Below are positions 10,040-19,987 of a DNA stretch of 64,000 nt, in pieces (position 1 is the stretch's first letter; each line of letters opens with the position of its first letter). The notes below the pieces were generated by a model. It saw only the letters and a program-made list of their open reading frames with translations. It was not told the DNA's origin and ran no database searches. This DNA is from Gammaproteobacteria bacterium (GTDB lineage: Bacteria; Pseudomonadota; Gammaproteobacteria; UBA4575). The DNA lies in the NCBI GenBank assembly GCA_965243395.1, contig CBDEUS010000002.1, positions 352,001-416,000 on the forward strand, in the 5' to 3' direction. The position numbers and the translations under genes are program-made.

Positions 10040-11161
10040 TTAAACAAACAAAATTAAAACACCTGTGTAGCCATATAAACGGTTATTAAATATTTCGCCA
10101 TTTGCAAAAAACCCGACCAAAGGAAAATCACCTATTTCATCCTGAATCATTTTCAATTCTTCAGAATTATCGCCAAACTGGTAACGACCTCGCCCAAGGC
10201 ATGTATAGTAAAGACCGCCACGCGGCTGACCTTGGATACGAGATTTCATGGTACCTAACATTCTCAACATATCATCACGAGCACTGTTTCCATCTCGTCT
10301 GCAAAACATAAATTTACTTCCTTCATATAAATAGTCCCCAACTGCGATGATTTTTTCTTGTTCATCTATGCCGATAATATTTCTTACTAAATAATCTCCA
10401 GTATCTGAAAACTCAATGGGTAAACCAGCGAAAATATAACCGGCAATCTTGTTTAAATCTTTGGCAAGAACTTCACCTACATCATCCCGCAATACATCCA
10501 AAGCTGGTTGATTATCCAATTCAATTAGTAAATTTCGCTCAGCTTTAGTAATAACGTGCTGTTCATCAAGCGGAGTGCAGCCTTGAGTGTGGCCGATTAC
10601 AGTTTTAACTTCAGGAGAAAAGAATATCCCCGATACGCTACCTTGAACAATTTCGTTTGCAACTTGATAGTTTTCAGAATTTGATGAAGTCAATCCTCCA
10701 ACTAAATAAGCAGAGGGTACCGTTTCAGAAATTTTTTCAATAATAGTTGGGGTTGCAGGATTACTCGGATCTCCATGAATAATTCCTACATGAGGCAGGT
10801 CTTGCTTACAGTAGCTAGATACGTCTTCCAATAACTTTTCTGCGTCACCGTTATTAGCGCCAACAATTGAAAACTGTTGCGCATCAATATCCATTAACAT
10901 TACAACTAAGGTTGGTTGGTCATAAAACTCTGCACCGGTACTACACACTCCTATGCCTAGTGTACCTAACCAGTTATCTACACCAGTTTCTTGCTTAAGT
11001 CGGCCTATAATATTTTTCAAATCCTCAGCTAAAGAATCACTTGCGTAAACAAACCCCAGTTGATATTTGCTACGTACATTTCCCAATTGTTGTAGGCAAT
11101 CATTTACTAATTTGCGTGAATTAGTTCCAGACGCGACACCTATTTGAAAAGCTTCTGACAT
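10040..11161 (-). CDS. Stand-alone FIST (FIST_N/FIST_C) signal protein
   Basis: TQGCTP, ELDNQPAL, DYLVRNIIG, CLGRG, GFFANGEI, YGYTGVL. Confidence 0.85.
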   Translation of the reverse strand: MSEAFQIGVASGTNSRKLVNDCLQQLGNVRSKYQLGFVYASDSLAEDLKNIIGRLKQETGVDNWLGTLGIGVCSTGAEFYDQPTLVVMLMDIDAQQFSIVGANNGDAEKLLEDVSSYCKQDLPHVGIIHGDPSNPATPTIIEKISETVPSAYLVGGLTSSNSENYQVANEIVQGSVSGIFFSPEVKTVIGHTQGCTPLDEQHVITKAERNLLIELDNQPALDVLRDDVGEVLAKDLNKIAGYIFAGLPIEFSDTGDYLVRNIIGIDEQEKIIAVGDYLYEGSKFMFCRRDGNSARDDMLRMLGTMKSRIQGQPRGGLYYTCLGRGRYQFGDNSEELKMIQDEIGDFPLVGFFANGEIFNNRLYGYTGVLILFV

Positions 11162-11167
11162 AAATTT

Positions 11168-12067
11168 CTAAAGTTGGCTTGCTTTTGGTTTAACAATTGA
11201 ATGTTTTTCAACGAGCATCTTTATAATGGGTGTTAATAAAGTTTCCATTGCAAATACCATTTTTTCGGCAGGCATAACAAGCTGATTTGGTTTAATGTTG
11301 AAAGAATTCTCAATTCTTTCTCGAAGTTCATCGATACTTAACGTAAATTTTTCAGGTCTGCGTATATTCACGATTACCAAGCTTTCATTGAATGATGGTA
11401 TCTCCTGAATCTCGAATGGGTTTGCAGTATCAACGATGGGTACACGCTGAAAGTTAACATCAGTACGTGAAAATTGTGGTGAAATGTACATTGCATAATC
11501 GGGCATGCGGCGAACAATTGTGGTCACTACCTCTTCGTGCGAATAACCACGCTCTGAACTATCGCGATGAATTTTCTGAATCCATTCTAAATTTGTTGTG
11601 GGAACAACCCCTACTAATAAATCTACATGTTGTGCAATATTATATTGTTCGGTAACCAACCCTCCATGCAAACCTTCATAAAATAATAAATCGCTTGTTT
11701 CTGGTATCGGTTCCCATTCGGTAAATTCTCCACGCTTGTATCCAGGATAAGGCGCTGCTTCCTCATCAGTATGAAGGTAGATTCGTTTCTCTCCAGTACC
11801 TGTTTTTGAGTACTCACAAAACAACTGTTCAAGACGATCAAGATAGTTGCCATCAGGAGAAAAGTGCGTCATTCGACGACCAAATAAGTCAGGTACCTTT
11901 ATTCGGTCATACATTTCTGCGCGTGTGAATTTATGGAAACTATCCCCCTCGATAACGACTGGGTTCACACTTATATTGGTGAAAATATATTCAAAGGCTT
12001 CTCGAACGGTAGAGGTGCCTGCACCTGAAGATCCGGTTACCGCAACGATGGGGTGTTCAATAGACAT
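11168..12067 (-). CDS. prk: Phosphoribulokinase (proteobacterial CbbP/PrkB type)
   Basis: HPIVAVTGSSGAGT, IEGDSFH, FYEGLHG, NLEWIQKIHRD, NFQRVPIVDT. Confidence 0.9.
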   Translation of the reverse strand: MSIEHPIVAVTGSSGAGTSTVREAFEYIFTNISVNPVVIEGDSFHKFTRAEMYDRIKVPDLFGRRMTHFSPDGNYLDRLEQLFCEYSKTGTGEKRIYLHTDEEAAPYPGYKRGEFTEWEPIPETSDLLFYEGLHGGLVTEQYNIAQHVDLLVGVVPTTNLEWIQKIHRDSSERGYSHEEVVTTIVRRMPDYAMYISPQFSRTDVNFQRVPIVDTANPFEIQEIPSFNESLVIVNIRRPEKFTLSIDELRERIENSFNIKPNQLVMPAEKMVFAMETLLTPIIKMLVEKHSIVKPKASQL

Positions 12068-12405
12068 CAGTTTTTAATATATGCAGTGGTTGCTGGCTTC
12101 ATGCTTTTACTCATTGTGCAGAAATAAGCGCCTGCCTATGAGCTCTCACTTTACCGTTTTCCGAAGATAAAACGTAGTGTGCACTGCATCTGTGCAAAAA
12201 TATCTATAACTCTATATATTAGTAGTAATTAGATTTGTGGCTTAATAGTATCTATCAAGAGAGTTAGATAACTGCATGTAATCCCTTTGTGGACACATCA
12301 TGATCTAAAATCTGGCGCTTGGTCCTGCTTAACTTAAGCAAAATCAATGTTTGAAGCATATCCGTCGCTATCGTGAATGGCTTATAGCGTGATTAGGAGT
12401 ATTAG

Positions 12406-14211
12406 TTGATCACTGCGAGACAATATACACGTGAATTTTTCAGTCGATTCATTCCCTATCTGAATTGGCTGGGGGAATTAAAAAACCCTGACACCATAAT
12501 AAAAGATTGTCTTGCAGGTTTAACCGTTGCACTGGTTTTAATACCTCAGTCAATGGCTTATGCACAACTTGCAAACTTGCCCGCCTACTACGGTTTATAC
12601 GCTTCATTCTTACCCGTAATTATTGCTTCATTATTTGGCTCCTCAAGACAACTTCAGACCGGGCCTGTCGCCGTCGTTTCTCTAATGACTGCGGCCGCAC
12701 TAGAACCACTTGCTACAGCTAACCCTGAAGGCTACTTAGTCTATGCCGGAGTACTGGCAATCATCGTAGGCGTATTTCAATTATCGCTGGGTTTATTACG
12801 GCTTGGTGTTTTAGTCGAATTTCTATCTCATTCCGTGGTGATTGGTTTTACTAATGCGGCTGCAATAATAATTGGCACCTCTCAACTATCTAAATTATTT
12901 GGTGTAACTGCCGAACGTGGTAACCATTTCTATGAAACTATTTGGAATGTGCTTGTTGAGGCTAGCAAGCATACACACATGCCAACATTGGCAATGGGCA
13001 TTGCTGCGCTGGCAATAATTTTTGCTTTAAAAAAGTATGCGCCAAAAATTCCAGGTGTTCTGACGGCTGTAGTTGTAACGAGTATTATTTCTTATGTGAT
13101 TGGCTTTGAATCACTCGGCGGTAAAGTAGTTGGAAATGTACCCGCTGGTTTGCCCAGCATTGGCTGGCCAACATTTGATATGGCTATCGCATTTGATTTA
13201 ATTTCAAAAGGCATAGTGATTGCCGTTGTTGGTTATATGGAAGCCATATCTATTGCTAAGGCCATTGCGGTACAAACCCGACAACGTATCGATGCCAATC
13301 AAGGACTGGTAGGACAAGGGTTAGGAAATATTGCTTCAGGTTTATCAGGCGCTTATCCCGTTGCAGGTTCTTTTTCACGTTCAGCAGTGAACATGTCAGC
13401 AGGTGCTAGAACAGGGTTTGCAGCAATTTTTACCGGTATCCTCGTCGCAATTTCATTGGTACTACTCTACTTTAGTCAATATCTTTACCATCTTCCGCAA
13501 GCAACCTTAGCAGCGGTAATTATCTCTGCGGTAATTAATTTAATTAGAATTAAACAAATTAAATATGCCTTCCGTGTACATAGTCATGATGGTTTTATTG
13601 CGATACTTACTTTTATATTGACACTTATATTAGCGCCTCATTTGGAACAAAGTATTATCGTAGGTGTTGTGCTATCACTTGGTCTATTTATGTACCGAAC
13701 CATGCATCCACATATTACTATTTTATCGCGCGCGTCAAACGGTGATCTACGTGATGCTGAAGTAAACATCTTAAAAACCTGTCCTCATATCACGCTAATG
13801 CGTTTTGAAGGGCCATTATTTTTTGCCAGCGCAATGTACTTTGAAGAAAAAGTATTAGAACGGGTGGCTGCTAAACCGGATTTGAAATTTATTATTGTAG
13901 ATGCAGAAGCGATAACTGAAATTGATGCAACGGGTGAGGATATGCTGCATCAACTATCATTGCGCTTAGCGGCATTACACATTGAATTTGTGTTTGCACG
14001 TACTAAGCGGCAAGTTATGGATATATTTATACGCACTGGATTCGCTGGACCTGATTGGTTAGATCATTTTTATCGCCATGATGAAAGTGCGATAGAGTTT
14101 GCTTGGCAAAATATCGAAAATTGTGAAGAGGAAGTTTGCCCATTAGCAAAAGCACACGAGTGTCCAGCTAGGCGTTTAAGTCCAATCAAGTTAGACCCCC
14201 AAGAAAATTAA
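12406..14211 (+). CDS. SulP/SLC26 anion transporter with STAS domain
   Basis: AGLTVALVLIPQSMAYA, GSSRQL, GSFSRSAVN and STAS 'GPLFFA...IDATG'. Confidence 0.93.
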   Translation: MITARQYTREFFSRFIPYLNWLGELKNPDTIIKDCLAGLTVALVLIPQSMAYAQLANLPAYYGLYASFLPVIIASLFGSSRQLQTGPVAVVSLMTAAALEPLATANPEGYLVYAGVLAIIVGVFQLSLGLLRLGVLVEFLSHSVVIGFTNAAAIIIGTSQLSKLFGVTAERGNHFYETIWNVLVEASKHTHMPTLAMGIAALAIIFALKKYAPKIPGVLTAVVVTSIISYVIGFESLGGKVVGNVPAGLPSIGWPTFDMAIAFDLISKGIVIAVVGYMEAISIAKAIAVQTRQRIDANQGLVGQGLGNIASGLSGAYPVAGSFSRSAVNMSAGARTGFAAIFTGILVAISLVLLYFSQYLYHLPQATLAAVIISAVINLIRIKQIKYAFRVHSHDGFIAILTFILTLILAPHLEQSIIVGVVLSLGLFMYRTMHPHITILSRASNGDLRDAEVNILKTCPHITLMRFEGPLFFASAMYFEEKVLERVAAKPDLKFIIVDAEAITEIDATGEDMLHQLSLRLAALHIEFVFARTKRQVMDIFIRTGFAGPDWLDHFYRHDESAIEFAWQNIENCEEEVCPLAKAHECPARRLSPIKLDPQEN

Positions 14212-14215
14212 TTAT

Positions 14216-14884
14216 TTATTTCTTAGTATATGTTTGGGCAAACACCTCATGACCCAATTTCATGCCGCGTCTTTCAAACTTGGTTTGCGGACGCTGTTTT
14301 ATAATTTCTGAAACCTGGCATTTTTCAAATAGTCCGCATTCTTGAATTCTTTCTTGGATATGTTCTGCGTAGGGCTGCCAATCCGTCGCGATATTGAGCT
14401 CACCTCCGTTTACTAATTTATTTGCGAGTAATTCTAAAAAATGAACTTGGATAAGACGGCGTTTATGGTGACGTTTTTTTGGCCAGGGATCAGGAAACCA
14501 GATTAATGCAGCACTTATGCTATTCGCTAAAATATTATTTTGCAGTAGTTCAACTACATCTTTATTAATCACGCGAATATTTTCAATTTTTTCCAAATAA
14601 ATATTTCTTAATAAATTACCAATTCCTGGTCGATATACTTCAACACCTAAAAAATTTAAATTGGTATGTTGTTTGGCAAGGTAAAGTAAGGATTCACCAT
14701 TACCAAAACCGATGTCTATTACGATAGGCTGTTTTTTTATAAATAGTTTATCCAGGTCAAGGATTTGTTGATGGGTATCAATGCCATAATGCGGCCAATG
14801 TTCTTTTAGTGCGGAACGTTGAGCTTTCGTAAAACGTCCCTCACGTCGAACAAAGCTGCGAATAAAAGAAGCGGTCTGCTGCAA
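14216..14884 (-). CDS. trmB: tRNA (guanine-N7)-methyltransferase
   Basis: IRSFVRREGR, DIGFGNG, FPDPWPKKRHHKRR, ATDW, TKFERRG. Confidence 0.96.
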   Translation of the reverse strand: MQQTASFIRSFVRREGRFTKAQRSALKEHWPHYGIDTHQQILDLDKLFIKKQPIVIDIGFGNGESLLYLAKQHTNLNFLGVEVYRPGIGNLLRNIYLEKIENIRVINKDVVELLQNNILANSISAALIWFPDPWPKKRHHKRRLIQVHFLELLANKLVNGGELNIATDWQPYAEHIQERIQECGLFEKCQVSEIIKQRPQTKFERRGMKLGHEVFAQTYTKK

Positions 14885-14891
14885 AGGCTAG

Positions 14892-15713
14892 TTAACTAAA
14901 AAACGAACCATCTACTGGAGAAGAAGCGGATGCATAACGACGCCGTGGCATGCGCCCGGCAAGAAAAGCTTCGCGCCCTGCGGCAACCGCTTTATTCATC
15001 GCAGCTGCCATTAATATCGGATTCTTGGCTTCTGCGATTGCCGTATTCATTAACACACCATCGCAACCAAGTTCCATGGCAACGGCTGCATCTGATGCTG
15101 TACCCACTCCCGCATCGACTAGAATGGGTACCGATGCATTTTCTACAATGGTAAAAATATTATGCGGATTACGTACACCCAATCCTGAACCAATTGGCGC
15201 AGCTAAGGGCATCACGGCTACACAACCTATCTCCTCTAACTCCTTGGCCACGATTGGGTCATCATTAGTATAGACCATAACTTGAAAGTCTTCTGCAACA
15301 AGTATTTTTGCAGCTTCAATGGTTTGAATAATATCTGGATACAATGTTTTTTGATCTCCTAATACTTCAAGCTTTACTAACGAGTGACCATCTAATAATT
15401 CGCGTGCGAGTCTGCAAGTACGCACAGCATCATTTGCAGTAAAACATCCGGCTGTATTAGGAAGAATAGTAAATTCATTGGGTGGTATAACATCAAGTAG
15501 ATTGGGTTGGTCCTTTTCTTGGCCTATGTTCGTTCTACGAATTGCCACCGTTACGATTTCTGCGCCACTGGCCAAAATAGCAGACCTTGTTTGACTTAAA
15601 TCTTTGTACTTACCAGTACCGACTAATAGCCGTGAAGAATACTTAGTACCAGCAACCAATAATGAATCTTGGTGATCTTCGCTAATAGGATGTGAAATCG
15701 GGTTTACTGCCAT
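14892..15713 (-). CDS. thiG: Thiazole synthase
   Basis: [37 protein letters not shown]. Confidence 0.97.
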   Translation of the reverse strand: MAVNPISHPISEDHQDSLLVAGTKYSSRLLVGTGKYKDLSQTRSAILASGAEIVTVAIRRTNIGQEKDQPNLLDVIPPNEFTILPNTAGCFTANDAVRTCRLARELLDGHSLVKLEVLGDQKTLYPDIIQTIEAAKILVAEDFQVMVYTNDDPIVAKELEEIGCVAVMPLAAPIGSGLGVRNPHNIFTIVENASVPILVDAGVGTASDAAVAMELGCDGVLMNTAIAEAKNPILMAAAMNKAVAAGREAFLAGRMPRRRYASASSPVDGSFFS

Positions 15714-15776
15714 AATGTTACATTTATGTTACATTTCTCATCTAATTGTACATGTGCTGAGTATTAAATAACTTCT

Positions 15777-16454
15777 ATGAGCAAGAATCTCTCAGATAAC
15801 TTGGTCAATTTACTCGTTTTAGCAATTTTACCGGTATCTATTTTAGCGCATGCCAGTTGGCTGCCACTATCTATAAGCATGCCTGCTATAGAAGACTCAG
15901 GCTATGTGTCCATCATAACCCTAACATTTGTAGCCTGCGTATTCGTATCTCTACTGACTCTTATTTTTAATAGTAATTTAGCCTCATCAAAGTTGACTGC
16001 TGGCATTTCTGCTTATGTGATAGCAATTTATTTTTTACGTGAAGCTGATTTTCATCGTTTATTCACAATTGAGCATGTAACCCGTGGGAAATTTTACACC
16101 ATGGATGTCGTTCCACTTTGGCAAAAAATTTTTGCAGCCACCATATTTATAATACTTGCTATTTGTATACTGTACTTAATCGTAAAATATATCCGCTTAG
16201 TTTGGTCTAAAATTAAAAGTTTAGAACCATGGGCAATATCTTTGCTTTTATGGCTTATTGTATTAGTTATATCTCAACTATGTGACAGATCTGGGCTCAA
16301 CCATACACATTTTGGCAGAGTGGTTGAGGAAAACTCTGAATGTTGGGCTGCCATATTTTTATTTCTTACAGTAGTACAATTAATACCAACACTTAAATTA
16401 AAAAACATGAGCAGCGGCGCCAAGTATTCGATGCAAAATAATATGCAAATCTGA
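15777..16454 (+). CDS. Hypothetical multi-pass membrane protein
   Basis: About 6 TM segments with FLREAD and EENSE motifs; antisense between thiS and thiG. Confidence 0.7.
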   Translation: MSKNLSDNLVNLLVLAILPVSILAHASWLPLSISMPAIEDSGYVSIITLTFVACVFVSLLTLIFNSNLASSKLTAGISAYVIAIYFLREADFHRLFTIEHVTRGKFYTMDVVPLWQKIFAATIFIILAICILYLIVKYIRLVWSKIKSLEPWAISLLLWLIVLVISQLCDRSGLNHTHFGRVVEENSECWAAIFLFLTVVQLIPTLKLKNMSSGAKYSMQNNMQI

Positions 16455-16455
16455 T

Positions 16456-16656
16456 TTAGCCCCCACCAATAGCATGGATTATTTCAACAGTATCGCCTGG
16501 ATAAATAATGTATTCGCTTAGAGCGCTTCTATGTACAATTTCTTGATTTACCTCAATCGCCAGTTTCTGTTCTGCGATACCCAGCTCTTGCAATAATTTT
16601 TCTGCAGTAAGTTGGTCACTCACATTTTTCTCTTTGCCGTTTATAATAATTTGCAT
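16456..16656 (-). CDS. thiS: Sulfur carrier ThiS
   Basis: 66 aa, AIEVNQEIV, ends in IGGG. Confidence 0.93.
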   Translation of the reverse strand: MQIIINGKEKNVSDQLTAEKLLQELGIAEQKLAIEVNQEIVHRSALSEYIIYPGDTVEIIHAIGGG

Positions 16657-16735
16657 GGCTATTTATCCTATCGATCTCACTTGTTAGGATCTTCTTTATT
16701 AATGCTTAAGTTTTAATTATATAACGTAATAAACA

Positions 16736-17833
16736 GTGATGAGTAATTGCAAAGAACACTTTGATGTAATCGTTGTTGGTGGTGGCATTATCGGCATGCT
16801 GACTGCGCGTCAATTACAATGTCATGGACTAAGTGTTGCAATTTTTGATAAGGCTCGTCTAGGCGGCGCAGCGACATGGGCTGCCGGAGGAATATTAGCG
16901 TCACTCAATCCATCACAACAAAATACTATAGCGCAGAAATTAATTCTTGAAGGCAGGCAAAAGTTTGCTGCATTAGCCGATGAGCTTAAACGCGAAACTG
17001 GTGTGGATCCTGAGTATCTTCAATCAGGATTATTGGTATTGCCCGTATCGAGCGATGAACAACATGCTGCATGTATGTGGGCTGAACAAACCCATGAGCC
17101 TATTCAGTATTTATCACAAACTGATTTACTAAAATATGAGCCGAACGTTTTGAATACTTTTCAAAACGCACTATATTTTTCGAATGTCGCTCAAATACGC
17201 CCGCCTAAGTTAATTGACGCGTTGAAAAAATCTTTAGTACAAAGAAAAGTTCAAATTTATGAGCATACTGCGGTAAAAGAACTTATTTTTAGTTCGAGTA
17301 ATGTAACAGGTGTACATACCGAAATTGAAAAATGTTATGCGGACAAGGTAATCGTGTGCGGCGGAGCATGGACAAAATATGTGTCTCAACGAAATATGCA
17401 AATTGACGTCGAACCCGTACGCGGGCAAATGCTTTTGTTTAAACCAAACAAAAAACTTTTATCGCATATTATTTTGAAGGAAAAGGCATATTTAATTCCA
17501 AGAAAAGATGGGCACGTATTATGCGGAAGTACATTGGAACATGTCGGTTTTGAAAACCATGTAACGGAACAAGCACGCCAAGACTTAACATCTTTCGCCT
17601 ACAAATTATTACCTGAACTTGCAGAACATCCGATTAAACGACAATGGTCGGCTTTACGCCCAGGTACAAAACGCGAAGCACCATATATATGCAAACACCC
17701 TAAAATTAATGGGCTATATATAAACAGCGGTCATTATCGATATGGCATCGTGATGAGTATTGCCTCGGCTAGAATAATGACAGATTTGATTGTCAATTCG
17801 CTGAATGAGTCACAAATAGCGGCGTTTGCTTAA
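16736..17833 (+). CDS. thiO: Glycine oxidase ThiO (FAD-dependent)
   Basis: GGGIIG, ATWAAGGIL, PVRGQM, YLIPRKDG, GHYRYG; divergent from thiS. Confidence 0.85.
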   Translation: MMSNCKEHFDVIVVGGGIIGMLTARQLQCHGLSVAIFDKARLGGAATWAAGGILASLNPSQQNTIAQKLILEGRQKFAALADELKRETGVDPEYLQSGLLVLPVSSDEQHAACMWAEQTHEPIQYLSQTDLLKYEPNVLNTFQNALYFSNVAQIRPPKLIDALKKSLVQRKVQIYEHTAVKELIFSSSNVTGVHTEIEKCYADKVIVCGGAWTKYVSQRNMQIDVEPVRGQMLLFKPNKKLLSHIILKEKAYLIPRKDGHVLCGSTLEHVGFENHVTEQARQDLTSFAYKLLPELAEHPIKRQWSALRPGTKREAPYICKHPKINGLYINSGHYRYGIVMSIASARIMTDLIVNSLNESQIAAFA

Positions 17834-17868
17834 TAGATAATTGTACACTTACAAGGTGTTAGGAGCTG

Positions 17869-17899
17869 AAATAGACTTTGTCTAATTTATGTCTATAAT
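17869..17899 (+). promoter_or_regulatory. sigma70 promoter with overlapping palindromic operator
   Basis: TAGACT-16 nt-TATAAT, with palindrome AATAGAC-TTT-GTCTAAT over the -35 element. Confidence 0.5.
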
Positions 17900-17906
17900 T
17901 CTTACT

Positions 17907-18332
17907 ATGAGCGAATTAGAAAAATTCCCTAAAACACGTGCGGATCTAGTCGCTATGCTGCGAAATGCAGACATTACCCCAACCCATCAACGCATCAAAA
18001 TCGGCGAGGTTTTATTTTCTCGCAAACAACATTTATCTGCGGAACAAGTACTCGCGGCAGTTAATCAAGATGATGATGAGGTTTCTAAAGCTACCGTATA
18101 CAACACCTTAGGGGCTTTTGCGCAACATGGTCTATTACGTGAAGTAATTGTTGATCCTTCAAAAGTTTTCTATGACTCTAACTTAAGCAAACATCATCAC
18201 TTATATTATTTAGATACTGGTGAGCTTGAAGATATCGCAGATGAAAATATAGAAGTTTCTAAACTCCCTAATCTACCTAGTGATCTTCAAATTGAAGAAG
18301 TAGATGTCATCATCCGCGTCCATCGCAACTAA
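17907..18332 (+). CDS. Fur-family regulator, Irr-like
   Basis: THQR, HLSAE, VSKATVYNTL, FYDSN..HHH; no CxxC. The ORF track starts at 17889. Confidence 0.85.
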   Translation: MSELEKFPKTRADLVAMLRNADITPTHQRIKIGEVLFSRKQHLSAEQVLAAVNQDDDEVSKATVYNTLGAFAQHGLLREVIVDPSKVFYDSNLSKHHHLYYLDTGELEDIADENIEVSKLPNLPSDLQIEEVDVIIRVHRN

Positions 18333-18589
18333 CTATTAACCTTCCTGCAAGACGCTGTTATTTCTCTGGCTGAGTAGCTCAGCTTTAAACAAGTTAATAG
18401 ATAGGGTTATTATTGACTAAGGAAGTTTGCATATATTGCAAATACAGTTTTTGTAAATCACATTTTGCTTAATATTCAAATAAGTATTCCTTTCATCCCG
18501 AAATTAGTACCGTTCAATTCCATCAGCTTCGCCATACATACTCAAATTTCCTAACCTCCTCAACTTCAAGAGAGAGTCAAGGATGACAA

Positions 18590-18802
18590 ATGAGTGAAGT
18601 AAAAGAGGAGCGCCGCTCGAATGTTGAGCGGAGACAAAACGCGCCTATTGAACATTTCCCCATATTAGATTCAGACGGTAACTTCATCGAAAGTGATCGC
18701 AGAAGTGGTGGAGATCGAAGAACCGACCCACGCACAACTCTGCAGTTTATACGTGTAAATGATGTTTTAGCTAAATTTGCGGAGCTAGATACTAAAGATT
18801 AA
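18590..18802 (+). CDS. Small protein with (D/E)RR repeats
   Basis: EERRSNVERR and DRRSGGDRR; SD AAGGA. Confidence 0.7.
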   Translation: MSEVKEERRSNVERRQNAPIEHFPILDSDGNFIESDRRSGGDRRTDPRTTLQFIRVNDVLAKFAELDTKD

Positions 18803-19474
18803 TTAGTTTGAGTTTAGGTGTCCTGTTTTCACATAAATCACGCAGCCCTCTTTTGTAAAAGGAGTGTGAAAACTATTTGGCGGGTTTCTTAACCATGTAC
18901 CTTCAGGATAACTACCAAACTCATCTTCAAAGGTTCCTTCAAGTACAAATATTTCTTCGCCGCCTATATGTTGATGTGGTTGGAATATAGTATTTGCTTC
19001 CCATTTCACTAAATCAACATGTTCATGCAAGTGTTCATGCAGAGGCATCACACTTAATCCTGGTACAAGTCCAGGTAACCAAGCTTGTTGCTTAGTTTGC
19101 AGATAAAGCTGCTTGGTATCACTCTCTTGAAACTGCTGTAATTTTACAAAAATTGTGCAACCTTCTTTACTAAAAGGTGCATGCGATGTTCCACCTGGAT
19201 TTCTTAAATAACTGCCAGCTTCATAGCTGCCATGGTTATCTGAAAAAGTGCCTTCAAGTACAAATATTTCTTCTCCATATACATGCCGATGGGGTCGAAA
19301 GGCGCTGCCGGCTACATATCGCACTACAGTAGTAACAGGCTCTGGATCCGCATCAATTCTTTCCAGGCGTTTGCGTAACACACCTTCTGCTTCTGAGGCT
19401 TCCCATGGCATGCTTGCCGTTTCTATAACTGCGCGCAAACTATGATCAGCGTTGAGTTCTTGTATGCTTTCCAT
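18803..19474 (-). CDS. ChrR-like tandem cupin protein
   Basis: Two repeats of HxH.GGEEIFVLEGTF.D..G.Y..G..LRNP...H.P. Confidence 0.9.
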   Translation of the reverse strand: MESIQELNADHSLRAVIETASMPWEASEAEGVLRKRLERIDADPEPVTTVVRYVAGSAFRPHRHVYGEEIFVLEGTFSDNHGSYEAGSYLRNPGGTSHAPFSKEGCTIFVKLQQFQESDTKQLYLQTKQQAWLPGLVPGLSVMPLHEHLHEHVDLVKWEANTIFQPHQHIGGEEIFVLEGTFEDEFGSYPEGTWLRNPPNSFHTPFTKEGCVIYVKTGHLNSN

Positions 19475-19507
19475 GTTTAAATAACAAATTAAGAAACTAT
19501 CTAGCCC

Positions 19508-19987
19508 ATGCAGTTGACCGAAAACAAATCAATTCTATTACTTTTATTAGGTCTTGCCACTATATTACTCACCATTGGGCTTGTTGCGCCTATTATTACC
19601 TTCACAAAATTTATGTTTATACATAATACTTTTTCCATTCTAAGTGCTTGCTGGAATTTACTGCTACAAGGACAAGTATTTTTATTTTTAATCATTTTCT
19701 TATTTAGCGTCATCTTGCCTATTCTTAAATTGGGCTTATTAGCAAAATTGATTCTAAGTCCCTTGTTAAGCGAAAGTACAAAAAAGCTTCTGGAATGGAT
19801 ACACCGCTTTGGGAGATGGTCAATGTTAGATGTTTTTGTCGTAGCGATTTTGGTAGTAGTGGTTAAGCTAGGCGCAATTGGTAATGTTGAAAAGCATTAT
19901 GGATTATATGCTTATGCTGGTGCAGCGATTTTAATTATGTGGCTCACCCAACAAATCATTCTATTTGTTAAAAATAATCAAAATTAA
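19508..19987 (+). CDS. Paraquat-inducible protein A (PqiA) single-domain membrane protein
   Basis: FSVILPILK and GRWSMLDVFVVAILV. Confidence 0.85.
   Translation: MQLTENKSILLLLLGLATILLTIGLVAPIITFTKFMFIHNTFSILSACWNLLLQGQVFLFLIIFLFSVILPILKLGLLAKLILSPLLSESTKKLLEWIHRFGRWSMLDVFVVAILVVVVKLGAIGNVEKHYGLYAYAGAAILIMWLTQQIILFVKNNQN

Noticed and set aside
12180-12329. NtrC-like TGCAC-N7-GTGCA plus TGGCGC...TGC upstream of sulP
   Set aside because: GG-GC spacing is 11 rather than 10, and the box is single with a GC-rich core.
16657-16735. TPP riboswitch for the thi genes
   Set aside because: Short AT-rich divergent gap lacking the CTGAGA and related core motifs.
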